Shown: positions 40,307 to 48,243, counted from the first letter of the stretch. The stretch: 52,003 bases of DNA from Candidatus Nanohalobium sp. (GCA_042217555.1 JBDGSL010000001.1:1-52003); one strand, 5' to 3'. Numbers and translations are program-made. The notes: generated from the letters alone by a model not told the origin.

Positions 40307-41637
40307 TTCTTTGGCGAGAACGCTCCTTCCTCGCTCGATAAACTGCTTCACAGTTTAACTCGATCCTTGTAGATTCCAAATGGAATCCTGCAAGAGGAAA
40401 CTCCTGTGAGGAGTTTCCGAAGTGAAATCTATGATTTCATCGAGTAAGTGAAACGAACAAGGTAGCGGTGATGAATCGCCGGAACTCATAAAAAAAGTGT
40501 TCAGGCCAGTTATGTGTATGCTGGTCGGTAGAACGGTGAAAGCCCGTATCTTGAATCCTACTTCTCGCAAGAAACAGCTATTGGAAAAAGAATACAGTAA
40601 CGCTCAGAAATATGTGTCTGGCGAATCCGAAAACCTATATTCTGCCACCAAACAAGCTATGGACAAATACGCAGGGAAAGATAACGGAGAGGAAAAACCT
40701 CTGTTCCTACGGAACGACACATTTCAGGTAGAGAAGGCAGAAAACACTGAAGAATTTGATTACTGGGCGAAAATACCTGTTCACGATGAATGGGGCGGTA
40801 TTCAAGTTCCAATAGTTCCACACCGAGAAATCAAAGAAGAACGGAGTGTCAAGGACTCCAAAGTCGTGAAGAAAGATGATTACTTTGAGTTACATATTTC
40901 AGTCCGGTTTGAGGTAGAACCTCAGCAGGACTTTTCAGGTGTTTTAGCCGTAGATTTAGGCGAGTCTACCTATGCGACAGCCGTGCTGTCAAGTGATGGA
41001 AGACCACGGTTCTACGGTGAAGACATCCGAGGCATCCGCAGACACTACAGCTATCTACGCAGAAAACTTCAGGAAAAAGGGCTACAGGAAGAAGTGAAAC
41101 GCATCGGACAGAAAGAAAGCAGGACTGTTCGCCATCGCCTCCACGAAATCTCCCGTGAACTGGTGGACTTTGCCGACCAGCAAAACGCCGTCATAGTATT
41201 GGGAGATGTGAAAGAGGTCGGTGGCGACACAGAGAAAGGCAGACGAATGAACCGTATCGCCAACACTTGGGCGGTAGGCAAACTCCGAAACTTCATCCAG
41301 TATAGGGCTCAGGAGAAAGGAATACCTGTTTTCCTTGTAGACGAAGCCTACACCAGTCAAACCTGCCACCGATGCAAGGAGAGAAAAGATACGAACCGCA
41401 TGACGCAGGGAAGGTTCAAGTGCGGTAACTGCGGATTAGACCACTATAACGCAGATGTAAACGCTGCGAAAAACATTCTTGACAGGTTCTCAGCGTATAT
41501 CGTTGAGAACGGGGCTGCTGTGAACCAGCCCGAAACCCAAGCAAGTAACGAACCCGAAGTAAGTAATTTCGACTTTGATGACTTGGGAAGCTCCTTCCTC
41601 ACCGAAGCTTTAGCGAGCTAAGGTAGGAGTAGTTCAC
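40307..41637 (+). mobile_element. IS200/IS605-family (IS1341-like, tnpB only) element
   Basis: LE GGCGAGAACGCTCCTTCCTCG...AAGGTAGCGGTGATGAATCGCC (40313-40480) after TTAAC; tnpB; RE GGAAGCTCCTTCCTC...AAGGTAGGAGTAGTTCAC ending 41637; left boundary approximate. Confidence 0.88.
40518..41621 (+). CDS. tnpB: TnpB RNA-guided nuclease (rearranged RuvC-II type)
   Basis: AVDLG, VLGDV, VDEAYTSQTCHRC, CGNCG, NADVNAAKNI. Confidence 0.92.
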   Translation: MLVGRTVKARILNPTSRKKQLLEKEYSNAQKYVSGESENLYSATKQAMDKYAGKDNGEEKPLFLRNDTFQVEKAENTEEFDYWAKIPVHDEWGGIQVPIVPHREIKEERSVKDSKVVKKDDYFELHISVRFEVEPQQDFSGVLAVDLGESTYATAVLSSDGRPRFYGEDIRGIRRHYSYLRRKLQEKGLQEEVKRIGQKESRTVRHRLHEISRELVDFADQQNAVIVLGDVKEVGGDTEKGRRMNRIANTWAVGKLRNFIQYRAQEKGIPVFLVDEAYTSQTCHRCKERKDTNRMTQGRFKCGNCGLDHYNADVNAAKNILDRFSAYIVENGAAVNQPETQASNEPEVSNFDFDDLGSSFLTEALAS

Positions 41638-41657
41638 AACAGGGTTCAGTTTCTCAT
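41480..41657 (+). ncRNA. Putative omegaRNA overlapping tnpB 3' end; guide ~AACAGGGTTCAGTTTCTCAT
   Basis: GTTCTCAGCG-tatat-CGTTGAGAAC stem; GGGCTG-ctgtgaac-CAGCCC with loop GTGAAC (41520-41525) complementary to terminal GTTCAC; CCCAAG/CTTGGG stem; RE hairpin. Confidence 0.75.
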
Positions 41658-42527
41658 CCTGAAGCCGTAAAGACCGTTTACAGTTCCACGGTTGTCATCG
41701 AAACCGCCCATGTAACGGCCGGAGAGTTTCTCACACAGTGGTTTCTCCCCTACCAACAGCGTGTCCTCTCCTATTTTTTCACTGACCTGTTCCAGGTGTT
41801 CATCTATCTGTTCATCTCTTTTTCTCTCAAACCTTCCCTGAGAGAAACCTCCCTTCTTCTGCTTTTTCTCCACCCTGGTATCCACAACTTCTTTCTCCAG
41901 CACCTCTCCAGACTTCTCCTTAATAATAACCGATCTACCGGCCGAGACCACCGCCCAACTCTTCTCCTTCTCTATGAACTTTTTCAGTTCTCCGGTGCTG
42001 AACCCTTGCCCGAGACTCCAGTCAGGAGAGTAGAAAGGCCGAGTGTACAGCTTCAGCCGTATAAAATCAGGGCCTAAAAACCCGACATAACCTGTATCCT
42101 CCTCTATAAAACTGAACCCCTGCCTGTCAAGCGAGTTCTTCAAACCTTTCATATCCGGAAGCCGTGATGTTTCCTCCGGAGAGTAAACAGTTACAAGATC
42201 TTTCTCAGGAGATCTGACGGACTCCAGTTTCTCCACCAGTTTCCAGGCCTGTGAAAAAGAAAGATTCCTGGAACTTCTGCTCCGGGTTTTTTCCTCTTCC
42301 TCCACTTCTCTTTCCTCTAATCCTTCAAGCTTCTGTTTCAGTCTTTTCAGTTCCTCCTGTGCACCCTGTTTCTCCCTCGAAAGACTTGATCTTCTCTCTT
42401 TCTCTGCCTCAAACCTTTTCCTGTACCTCTCCTTCTCCTCCCTCAAATCCTCCAGTTCATCTTTCAGGTCTTCTACTCTCTGCTCCAGTTCCCTTTTCTC
42501 ACCGTCCTCCTGCCACGGCAGCCTCAT
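41646..42527 (-). CDS. Vms1/ANKZF1-like (aVLRF1) release-factor family protein with N-terminal coiled coil
   Basis: KQKKGGFSQGRFERKRDEQIDEH catalytic-loop motif; start MRLPWQ at 42527. Confidence 0.85.
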   Translation of the reverse strand: MRLPWQEDGEKRELEQRVEDLKDELEDLREEKERYRKRFEAEKERRSSLSREKQGAQEELKRLKQKLEGLEEREVEEEEKTRSRSSRNLSFSQAWKLVEKLESVRSPEKDLVTVYSPEETSRLPDMKGLKNSLDRQGFSFIEEDTGYVGFLGPDFIRLKLYTRPFYSPDWSLGQGFSTGELKKFIEKEKSWAVVSAGRSVIIKEKSGEVLEKEVVDTRVEKKQKKGGFSQGRFERKRDEQIDEHLEQVSEKIGEDTLLVGEKPLCEKLSGRYMGGFDDNRGTVNGLYGFRMRN

Positions 42528-42624
42528 AACCACTGTTTTGAAACCCTTCCTATTATGAGGTTTGCGGCAGAGATGCAGAAGACTTTTAAGGGTAAGCAGT
42601 ATTACCTGTTTGTAGTGGTATAAG

Positions 42625-42921
42625 ATGCCTGAAATGACAGTTGAGGAACTTTCACCGGAATCAGATGAAGTTGAAATCACAGGAACGATCAAAAAACTCC
42701 CAACACCACGCGCCGTGTCAACTCGGTACGGCCAGAAAAGAATAGTAACAGCCGTCTTCGAGGACGAAACAGGAGAAATCGACCTGACGCTCTGGGAGGA
42801 AGAAATCGACGCGATCGAGGAAGGAGCAGAAGTCCACATCACAGGAGCATACGTCAGAGAATGGGCCGACGACATCCAACTAAACATCGGCCGAGACGGA
42901 AACATCGAACAGGTAGAATAA
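42625..42921 (+). CDS. Single OB-fold ssDNA-binding protein (SSB/RPA-like)
   Basis: EDETGEIDLTLWEE...GAYVREW...LNIGRDG. Confidence 0.88.
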   Translation: MPEMTVEELSPESDEVEITGTIKKLPTPRAVSTRYGQKRIVTAVFEDETGEIDLTLWEEEIDAIEEGAEVHITGAYVREWADDIQLNIGRDGNIEQVE

Positions 42922-43142
42922 ACACTGCCTGACAACTTTTCCACTTCTCTCTAATTTTCATTTCTAATTTAAAATTCCAGAATTCTTGTTCTCATAGACA
43001 TGGAATTCGAGGTTTACAGAGGTTGCTGGGATATAAGCGATGAGGAAGTTGAGAAGACTCGGGAAGCCAGAAAGTCTCTATGGCGTACTGTGAACGTGTG
43101 ATTGCCAAGTACTTATATTTCTGAGAGATAATTAATTTTTGT

Positions 43143-43505
43143 GTGAAACAGGAGTCTCGTGAGTGGCTGGAGAAGGGTGAGGAAGATCTGGAGGCCGCCA
43201 GGATACTGGCTGAGAACGGCAGTCCCGAGACCTGTATGTTCCATCTTCAGCAGGCAGTGGAAAAGGCTTTCAAAGGATTGTTGATCGAAAGGGAAGAAGA
43301 CTACTCGTTTACTCACAGCCTTCAGAAACTGGATAACGAGGCAGGAAGCCCGGAAAAGTTCAGAAAAATGCTTCAGGATCTCGACACCGCATATACCGCG
43401 GCAAGGTATCCGGATGCTGGCGAGACCGATGTCGAAGAAGTAGATGAAAGAGTTGAAGAAACGGAGGAGTTGTTCAAATGGATAAAAACACAGTTGAAGA
43501 GGTAA
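43143..43505 (+). CDS. HEPN-domain protein
   Basis: FHLQQAVEKAFKG, THSL, YTAARYPD. Confidence 0.9.
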   Translation: MKQESREWLEKGEEDLEAARILAENGSPETCMFHLQQAVEKAFKGLLIEREEDYSFTHSLQKLDNEAGSPEKFRKMLQDLDTAYTAARYPDAGETDVEEVDERVEETEELFKWIKTQLKR

Positions 43506-43807
43506 GGGAACGGCTAATGGAGAAAGCAGAGGAGGAAAACATCGAGCTAGATGAACTGATAGTCTTTGGATCAAGGGCGCGCGAAGATTACAGAGAATCA
43601 AGCGATGTAGATGTTCTCCTGGTATCTCCAGATTTTGAAGACACAAACTACTACAAGAGGCCGAGACCGTTCTACGACGCCTGGAACTACGACAAGCTTC
43701 CTGAACCGGAGTTTATCTGCCTGACACCTGAAGAGTTCAGAGAAAAACGGGAGAAAAAGCCGAATATAGTGAGGACAGCAGTTGAAGAAGGAGTAAGACT
43801 GGCGTAA
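43478..43807 (+). CDS. Minimal nucleotidyltransferase (MNT), HEPN partner
   Basis: VFGSRARED...SDVDVLLV. Confidence 0.9.
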   Translation: MDKNTVEEVRERLMEKAEEENIELDELIVFGSRAREDYRESSDVDVLLVSPDFEDTNYYKRPRPFYDAWNYDKLPEPEFICLTPEEFREKREKKPNIVRTAVEEGVRLA

Positions 43808-43862
43808 CCTGAGAGATGAAAAACGTCTTTTTTCTAAATAGTTGGGAATAAGTTGATGATAG

Positions 43863-44948
43863 ATGGGAATCGATGACCGTATCCAGGAACTGGAGGAGAA
43901 GCTTGAGAAGACTCCTGTGAACAAGGCGACGGAGACCGAGCGCGGGAGATTAAAGAGTCAGATCGCCGAGCTGAAGGAGGAGAAGCAGAAGAAGCAGAAA
44001 GGAACGGGTGAAACCAGTGGTTACGCTGTCGAGAAGAAGGGCGATGCGACCGTTGCTCTAGTCGGATTTCCTTCCGTCGGTAAGTCGACTTTGCTGAACC
44101 ATATGACGAACGCCGAGTCGGATACCGGTGCTTACGAGTTCACCACGCTGGACGTCAACCCTGGAATGCTGGAGCACAAGGGTGCGAAGATCCAGATGCT
44201 GGACGTCCCCGGATTGATCGGCGGTGCCGCGGACGGCAGAGGCGGTGGAACACAGGTTCTCTCCGTCGTACGTAACGCTGAGTTCGTTGTCATCATGCTG
44301 GACCCGGAGGAGATGCGTGAAGAGGAAATAAAGTCGGAGCTCTACGACGCCGGTATCAGGATAAACCAGCAGCCTCCGAACATGAAGGTGGAGAAGAAGG
44401 GGCGAGGAGGAATAAACATTTCTACTACTGTCGACCTTGATATCGAAGACGAGACCATCAAGCAGATGATGCAGCAGCGCGGCTACACAAACGCAGAAGT
44501 CATAATAAGAGAGGAGATGGATCTGGACAGGTTCGTCGACGGACTGATGCGGAACAGGAAGTACGTCCCGGCGATAACAGTCATAAACAAGGCCGACATG
44601 CTCTCCGACGAGAAAAAGGAGGAGTACAGGGAGAAATATGACCTTTTGATTTCTGCTGAAAACGAGATAAATCTTGACGAGTTGAAGGACGAGATATTCG
44701 AAGGACTGGACTTAATCCGTATCTACATGAAGGAGAAAGGGGAAGAACCAGATAGGGACGAGCCATTGATTCTAACTTCAGGTTCAACAGTGGAGGACGC
44801 CCTGGAGGCTCTGCCAGGTGACATGAAGGACCGTTTCAAGAAGGCCAAGGTGACGGGAGAGTCATCGAAGTTCCCGGAGCAGAAGGTAGGAATGGAACAT
44901 GAACTGATGGATGAGGACGTTCTGGAACTGAACCTGAGACATTTCTGA
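43863..44948 (+). CDS. DRG/OBG-family ribosome-associated GTPase with TGS domain
   Basis: TPVNKATE, GFPSVGKST, YEFTT, DVPG, NKAD. Confidence 0.95.
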   Translation: MGIDDRIQELEEKLEKTPVNKATETERGRLKSQIAELKEEKQKKQKGTGETSGYAVEKKGDATVALVGFPSVGKSTLLNHMTNAESDTGAYEFTTLDVNPGMLEHKGAKIQMLDVPGLIGGAADGRGGGTQVLSVVRNAEFVVIMLDPEEMREEEIKSELYDAGIRINQQPPNMKVEKKGRGGINISTTVDLDIEDETIKQMMQQRGYTNAEVIIREEMDLDRFVDGLMRNRKYVPAITVINKADMLSDEKKEEYREKYDLLISAENEINLDELKDEIFEGLDLIRIYMKEKGEEPDRDEPLILTSGSTVEDALEALPGDMKDRFKKAKVTGESSKFPEQKVGMEHELMDEDVLELNLRHF

Positions 44949-45180
44949 AGTCCTCTCCGCCCAAGGACGGAGGTTCGCATCAATAATGCTACTACTCCAA
45001 CAAGACGGATTCGGGAACATCCCGAAAGGATTGAGGTTGAGGCTTTCCCTACCACAGAACTTGCGTTGCAGAGGTTCTGCTTCCAACAGGAATCCTGTAA
45101 TGCCCCCTCAGCAGGACACCGATACTGACAGCCACCAAAGGTATTCAATCTCTGGCTTATATGACTGCTTTCTCCATCTA
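44926..45180 (-). ncRNA. Putative divergently transcribed omegaRNA (~235 nt scaffold + guide GAAATGTCTCAGGTTCAG...)
   Basis: Multi-stem region: GGTGTCCT/GGGGCATT stem, GCAGAAC/GTTCTGT, TCGGGA/TCCCGA, terminal RE hairpin; TATA-like TTTATAAG ~25 nt upstream on the minus strand; ends approximate. Confidence 0.6.
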
Positions 45181-45197
45181 ACAAAGAACTGTCACGC

Positions 45198-45217
45198 AAA
45201 ACTTATAAATTTAATTT
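45198..45217. promoter_or_regulatory. Putative bidirectional TATA box
   Basis: AAAACTTATAAATTTAATTT reads TTATAAAT on + (~26 nt before ATG 45232) and TTTATAAG on -. Confidence 0.55.
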
Positions 45218-45231
45218 CATCTATGGGTGTT

Positions 45232-46317
45232 ATGGTTGACACGCAAACCCGACAGTTCAAGCTGAAAATGCGAGAACCCAACACAGAAAAAGAAAAGCAG
45301 TTACAGAAATCGCTTCAACGCTTCAAAGACTGTGTAAACGCTTGGATACAGAAGATAGACGAAATGGATGAATACCCGAAAAGAGGGAACACACACGACT
45401 ACGGATACCACGAAGTCAAGGAAGAGTTTCCGAAGATGTATTCTAATGTTATACAGGAAGCTATGAACCGAGCCATAGAAATAATGCGTAACAGAAACGG
45501 TTCGCTTCCAGAATATGAAGCCGATTCTATGAGCTTCAAACAGGTCGATGTCAAATACGATAGAGAGAATATCGGCATACCTGTAGTCGGAAAGAAAAAG
45601 GTCTGGATGCCGTTGATTGTTCCCTCTTACTTCGGAAAATACAAAGAACTTGACAAAGGAAGGCTACAAGTAGTCAGGAAAGAAGACGGCTGGTATGCTT
45701 ATGTATCGGTAGAATACCCTGTCAAAGACGAGATTGACGCTGACGGAGTTTTCGGAGTAGACCTCGGAATCAGACAGGTAGCAGTAGTTTCGGATTCTGA
45801 AGGGAAGGTCAACGAGTTCTATGGTTCAAACGTTTTGTCAAGAAGGAAAGTGCTTGACCAGAGATGGAAAGCACTTCAAGAACAAAAAGGCGGAGATAAT
45901 AACAAGTATCAAGCCTTGAAGCAGGTATCGGGCAAAGAAACACGGTTTATGGAAGACATCAACCACAAGATAGCAAAAAGCATCGTAGAGAAAGCGAAAC
46001 ACTACAACTACGCCATCGCAGTAGAGAACCTGAAAGGGCTTCGGGAAGGAGAAGCATCACAAACTTTGAAGGAGATGCTTCATCGCTGGCGATATAGAGA
46101 CCTATGCGATAAGATAGAGTACAAGGCAGAAGCAGAAGGAATACCTATAAACTACATAGACCCACGGAATACAAGCAAAATCTGTTCAAAATGCGGAAGC
46201 AAAAACGATGTAGGAGCATCCAAGCAATACAAATGCAGTAGTTGCGGTGTAGAGTTGAATCGAGACCTTAACGCTGCACGGAATATTGCTGAAAAGGGTG
46301 CTTCCTCCCCTGCCTAA
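45232..46317 (+). CDS. tnpB: TnpB RNA-guided nuclease, canonical D-E-D triad
   Basis: GVDLGI, AVENLKGL, NTSKICSKCG, CSSCG, NRDLNAARNI; start 45232 or 45223. Confidence 0.92.
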   Translation: MVDTQTRQFKLKMREPNTEKEKQLQKSLQRFKDCVNAWIQKIDEMDEYPKRGNTHDYGYHEVKEEFPKMYSNVIQEAMNRAIEIMRNRNGSLPEYEADSMSFKQVDVKYDRENIGIPVVGKKKVWMPLIVPSYFGKYKELDKGRLQVVRKEDGWYAYVSVEYPVKDEIDADGVFGVDLGIRQVAVVSDSEGKVNEFYGSNVLSRRKVLDQRWKALQEQKGGDNNKYQALKQVSGKETRFMEDINHKIAKSIVEKAKHYNYAIAVENLKGLREGEASQTLKEMLHRWRYRDLCDKIEYKAEAEGIPINYIDPRNTSKICSKCGSKNDVGASKQYKCSSCGVELNRDLNAARNIAEKGASSPA

Positions 46318-46455
46318 AGGCAAGGGGCTTCCGCACCACTAATCAACTATTGTGACACAGAAACTGGAAGCTCTTAGAACCGGTTATAAACCGTTTTAAA
46401 CGATCTAAGCAGATTTCCCATAACATGTTTATAAGTTTTACTGTTTAATCTGTGG

Positions 46456-46569
46456 ATGATGACAGCGGCTTTTGTGGACGACACGGGAAGGCATATACCT
46501 GTTGATTTCGAGGAGAAAAGCCTTCCACGGAGACTTTTCCACACGTTGAAGAGCACAGTTATCAGATAG
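46456..46569 (+). CDS. Possible 37-aa small protein MMTAAFVDDTGRHIPVDFEEKSLPRRLFHTLKSTVIR
   Basis: TTTATAAG TATA-like box ~25 nt upstream; fills the gap before convergent rps8e. Confidence 0.4.
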   Translation: MMTAAFVDDTGRHIPVDFEEKSLPRRLFHTLKSTVIR

Positions 46570-46649
46570 AAGCGATTCCACAGACTTTCTCTTTTCCCTA
46601 CGTATCTCTTTTTATCGTGGAGAAAGACCAAAAAAAGTATAAGAGAGGT

Positions 46650-47024
46650 TTATTCGATAAGTTCTCCGTTGACTACTCCGTCCTGTCCTAGCCGGGAAGT
46701 GATTCTGGCCTTTCCCTCAGATGTCTCTACTACTGTTCCTTCTGTCAGAAGGCTTCTCCTGACATAGTTGGAGTTAGCAGGGTTCTCCTCAACTGATTTT
46801 ATCTCTGCCTTCTTGACGTCTCCATCTACAGCGACGTTGATTGTTTCACTTCTCTTGGCTACTGTTTTCTGGTTTCCACCACGCGTTCTTTTCTCTATAG
46901 TCTTTCTCTCACCAAGTTCAGGCTCTGAAAACTCCGAGCCGAGATCGTACTTCCTGCTTTTCCGGTAGCTACGGGTTTTACCCCCTGTCTTCTTTGTCCT
47001 GGAACGATCTTGCCATACTGCCAT
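46650..47024 (-). CDS. rps8e: 30S ribosomal protein S8e
   Basis: RSRTKKTGGK, RTRGGN, NPANSNYVRR, SRLGQDGVVNG. Confidence 0.96.
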   Translation of the reverse strand: MAVWQDRSRTKKTGGKTRSYRKSRKYDLGSEFSEPELGERKTIEKRTRGGNQKTVAKRSETINVAVDGDVKKAEIKSVEENPANSNYVRRSLLTEGTVVETSEGKARITSRLGQDGVVNGELIE

Positions 47025-47154
47025 AATATATACTTGAGAGACCTTCTAATTTTATAAAAACAGAGCCAGGAAGGAAACGCGCGTGAAAGAGGCTTAGGCC
47101 GGAAGGGTTTATTAAAGTTCATCAACTATTTCCGGGTATAGGTGTCTAATTTTT

Positions 47155-47397
47155 ATGGGAGATGGAAACAACAGAAGGCCTTTCGACGTACTAAACGAGT
47201 CAAAAGACGGTAGAGTACTGGTAAAACTGAAGGGATACGGAGATGAAGAAAAACAGGTTTCAGGAGAACTCCAGGCCTTCGATAAACACCTTAACATCTG
47301 GCTTGAAGACGCCAGGGTAACGGGGGAGGAAGGACAGACAGACTACGGAAAACTCTTCGTAAGAGGGGACAACGTCCTTTTCGTCAGCCCGGAATAA
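47155..47397 (+). CDS. Sm-like archaeal protein (Lsm)
   Basis: RPFDVL...GELQAFDKHLNIWL...FVRGDNVLFVSP; conserved lsm-rpl37e linkage. Confidence 0.93.
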   Translation: MGDGNNRRPFDVLNESKDGRVLVKLKGYGDEEKQVSGELQAFDKHLNIWLEDARVTGEEGQTDYGKLFVRGDNVLFVSPE

Positions 47398-47402
47398 ACG
47401 AT

Positions 47403-47446
47403 GAAAATCACAGATTTTCGGAGTAGCAGAAAGCCAACAGGTTTTC
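47403..47446. repeat. REP-like palindrome doublet between lsm and rpl37e
   Basis: GAAAATC-aca-GATTTTC, 9-nt spacer, GAAAGCC-aaca-GGTTTTC. Confidence 0.8.
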
Positions 47447-47463
47447 AACTAAGGTGAACACAT

Positions 47464-47625
47464 ATGGGACTGAACAAGGGAAAACGAAACAAGAAAGTAC
47501 ACGGCAAATGCCGCAGATGTGGAGAGAAAAGCTTCCACCTGTCAAAGAAGGTCTGCGCAAGCTGTGGATTCGGAAAGACAAAAAAGAGAAACGATTTCAA
47601 CAAGGCCAAGCCAAGGAAAGAATAA
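47464..47625 (+). CDS. rpl37e: 50S ribosomal protein L37e
   Basis: Missed by ORF track: [38 protein letters not shown]...; AGGTGA SD. Confidence 0.95.
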   Translation: MGLNKGKRNKKVHGKCRRCGEKSFHLSKKVCASCGFGKTKKRNDFNKAKPRKE

Positions 47626-47628
47626 GCA

Positions 47629-47853
47629 ATGGAAGAGAAAGATTTCTCCGTTATCATCCTTTCAGAATCAGCTGACTACCTGGTGGAGATAGAGGACCAG
47701 ATAGAGAGGAAGGAGAAAGGAGTTGAACTCATCGACCCGTACATATTCAACGAGAACGAACAGGCACAACTGGTCAGAGCGGAGAAAATCTTCATCCCGT
47801 ACAACTCGATAGAGACAATACAGTACGGAGACTTCAAACAGGAAACAGTTTGA
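47629..47853 (+). CDS. Small acidic hypothetical protein (possible Sm/SH3-like beta fold)
   Basis: 74 aa, 3 nt after rpl37e; KIFIPYNSIETI pattern. Confidence 0.65.
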   Translation: MEEKDFSVIILSESADYLVEIEDQIERKEKGVELIDPYIFNENEQAQLVRAEKIFIPYNSIETIQYGDFKQETV

Positions 47854-47962
47854 AAGCTGTTGAGGCACCAGCCGAACGCAGCTTGTGATGATCAAAACAC
47901 CGCAACTCTTTGAGTTGCTGTTTACAGAAGACTCACAGAGTCTTCGAATTCAGAAGTTTGTT

Positions 47963-48192
47963 GGGCTCGTAGCTCAGCCTGGCAGAGCGCCGGCCTTTTA
48001 CTCACTTTGGTTCATCCCAGAAGATTTCGGGACTCGAGGCGTCAGCCGAGAGTGGAACCATAGTGATCGTGACTCGAAACTCCTTGGAGTTTCTGGGTCA
48101 TAAGAAAATCCTTTCGAGGATTTTCGAGAGTCCGAAGGGATTCGGACTAAGAAGTTAGCCGGTCGTCGCGGGTTCAAATCCCGCCGAGCCCG
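47963..48192 (+). tRNA. tRNA-Lys(UUU) with 156-nt intron (48001-48156) at position 37/38
   Basis: Exon1 GGGCTCGTAGCTCAGCCTGGCAGAGCGCCGGCCTTTTA; exon2 AGCCGGTCGTCGCGGGTTCAAATCCCGCCGAGCCCG; BHB central helix CTTT/GAAG; no encoded CCA. Confidence 0.93.
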
Positions 48193-48243
48193 TTAAAACC
48201 ATTACTAAAAGTTAAATCTGTTCTCTTTTGAATCCTGTTTTTT

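Larger units (their letters stand above)
44946..46341 (-). mobile_element. IS200/IS605-type element with ends on the minus strand and tnpB on the plus strand
   Basis: Minus strand: TTGAT then LE-like GGTGCGGAAGCCCCTTGCCTTTAGGCAGGGGAGGAAGCACC (~46298-46337); RE-like GAACCTCCGTCCTTGGGCGGAGAGGACTTCA (44946-44976). Confidence 0.72.

Noticed and set aside
40313..40480. SRP RNA, RNase P RNA or hammerhead ribozyme
   Set aside because: Conserved cores (SRP helix 8, RNase P P4, CUGAUGA...GAAA) not found; the flanks match IS left ends.
41638..41655. Similarity between predicted guides (CAGGGTTCAGTT vs CAGGTTCAGTT near 44930)
   Set aside because: Short, offset and fully explained by flanking host sequence; likely chance.
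42528..42944. Long N-terminal extension of the aVLRF1 ORF
   Set aside because: Antisense shadow of the SSB gene; the plausible start is ATG 42527.
43000..43101. 33-aa ORF MEFEVYRGCWDISDEEVEKTREARKSLW... resembling an antitoxin tail
   Set aside because: Too short and unsupported to call; possibly a remnant.
44986..45231. N-terminal ~80-aa extension of the second TnpB in the ORF track
   Set aside because: Atypical composition; overlaps the structured RNA region and TATA box; a start at 45223/45232 fits TnpB length.
47454..47675. 73-aa ORF in the ORF track
   Set aside because: Wrong frame; rpl37e (47464-47625) occupies this locus.
47885..48103. 72-aa ORF overlapping the tRNA intron (intron-encoded protein?)
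   Set aside because: Runs through tRNA exon 1, has no recognisable motif, and the intron is too short for a homing endonuclease.
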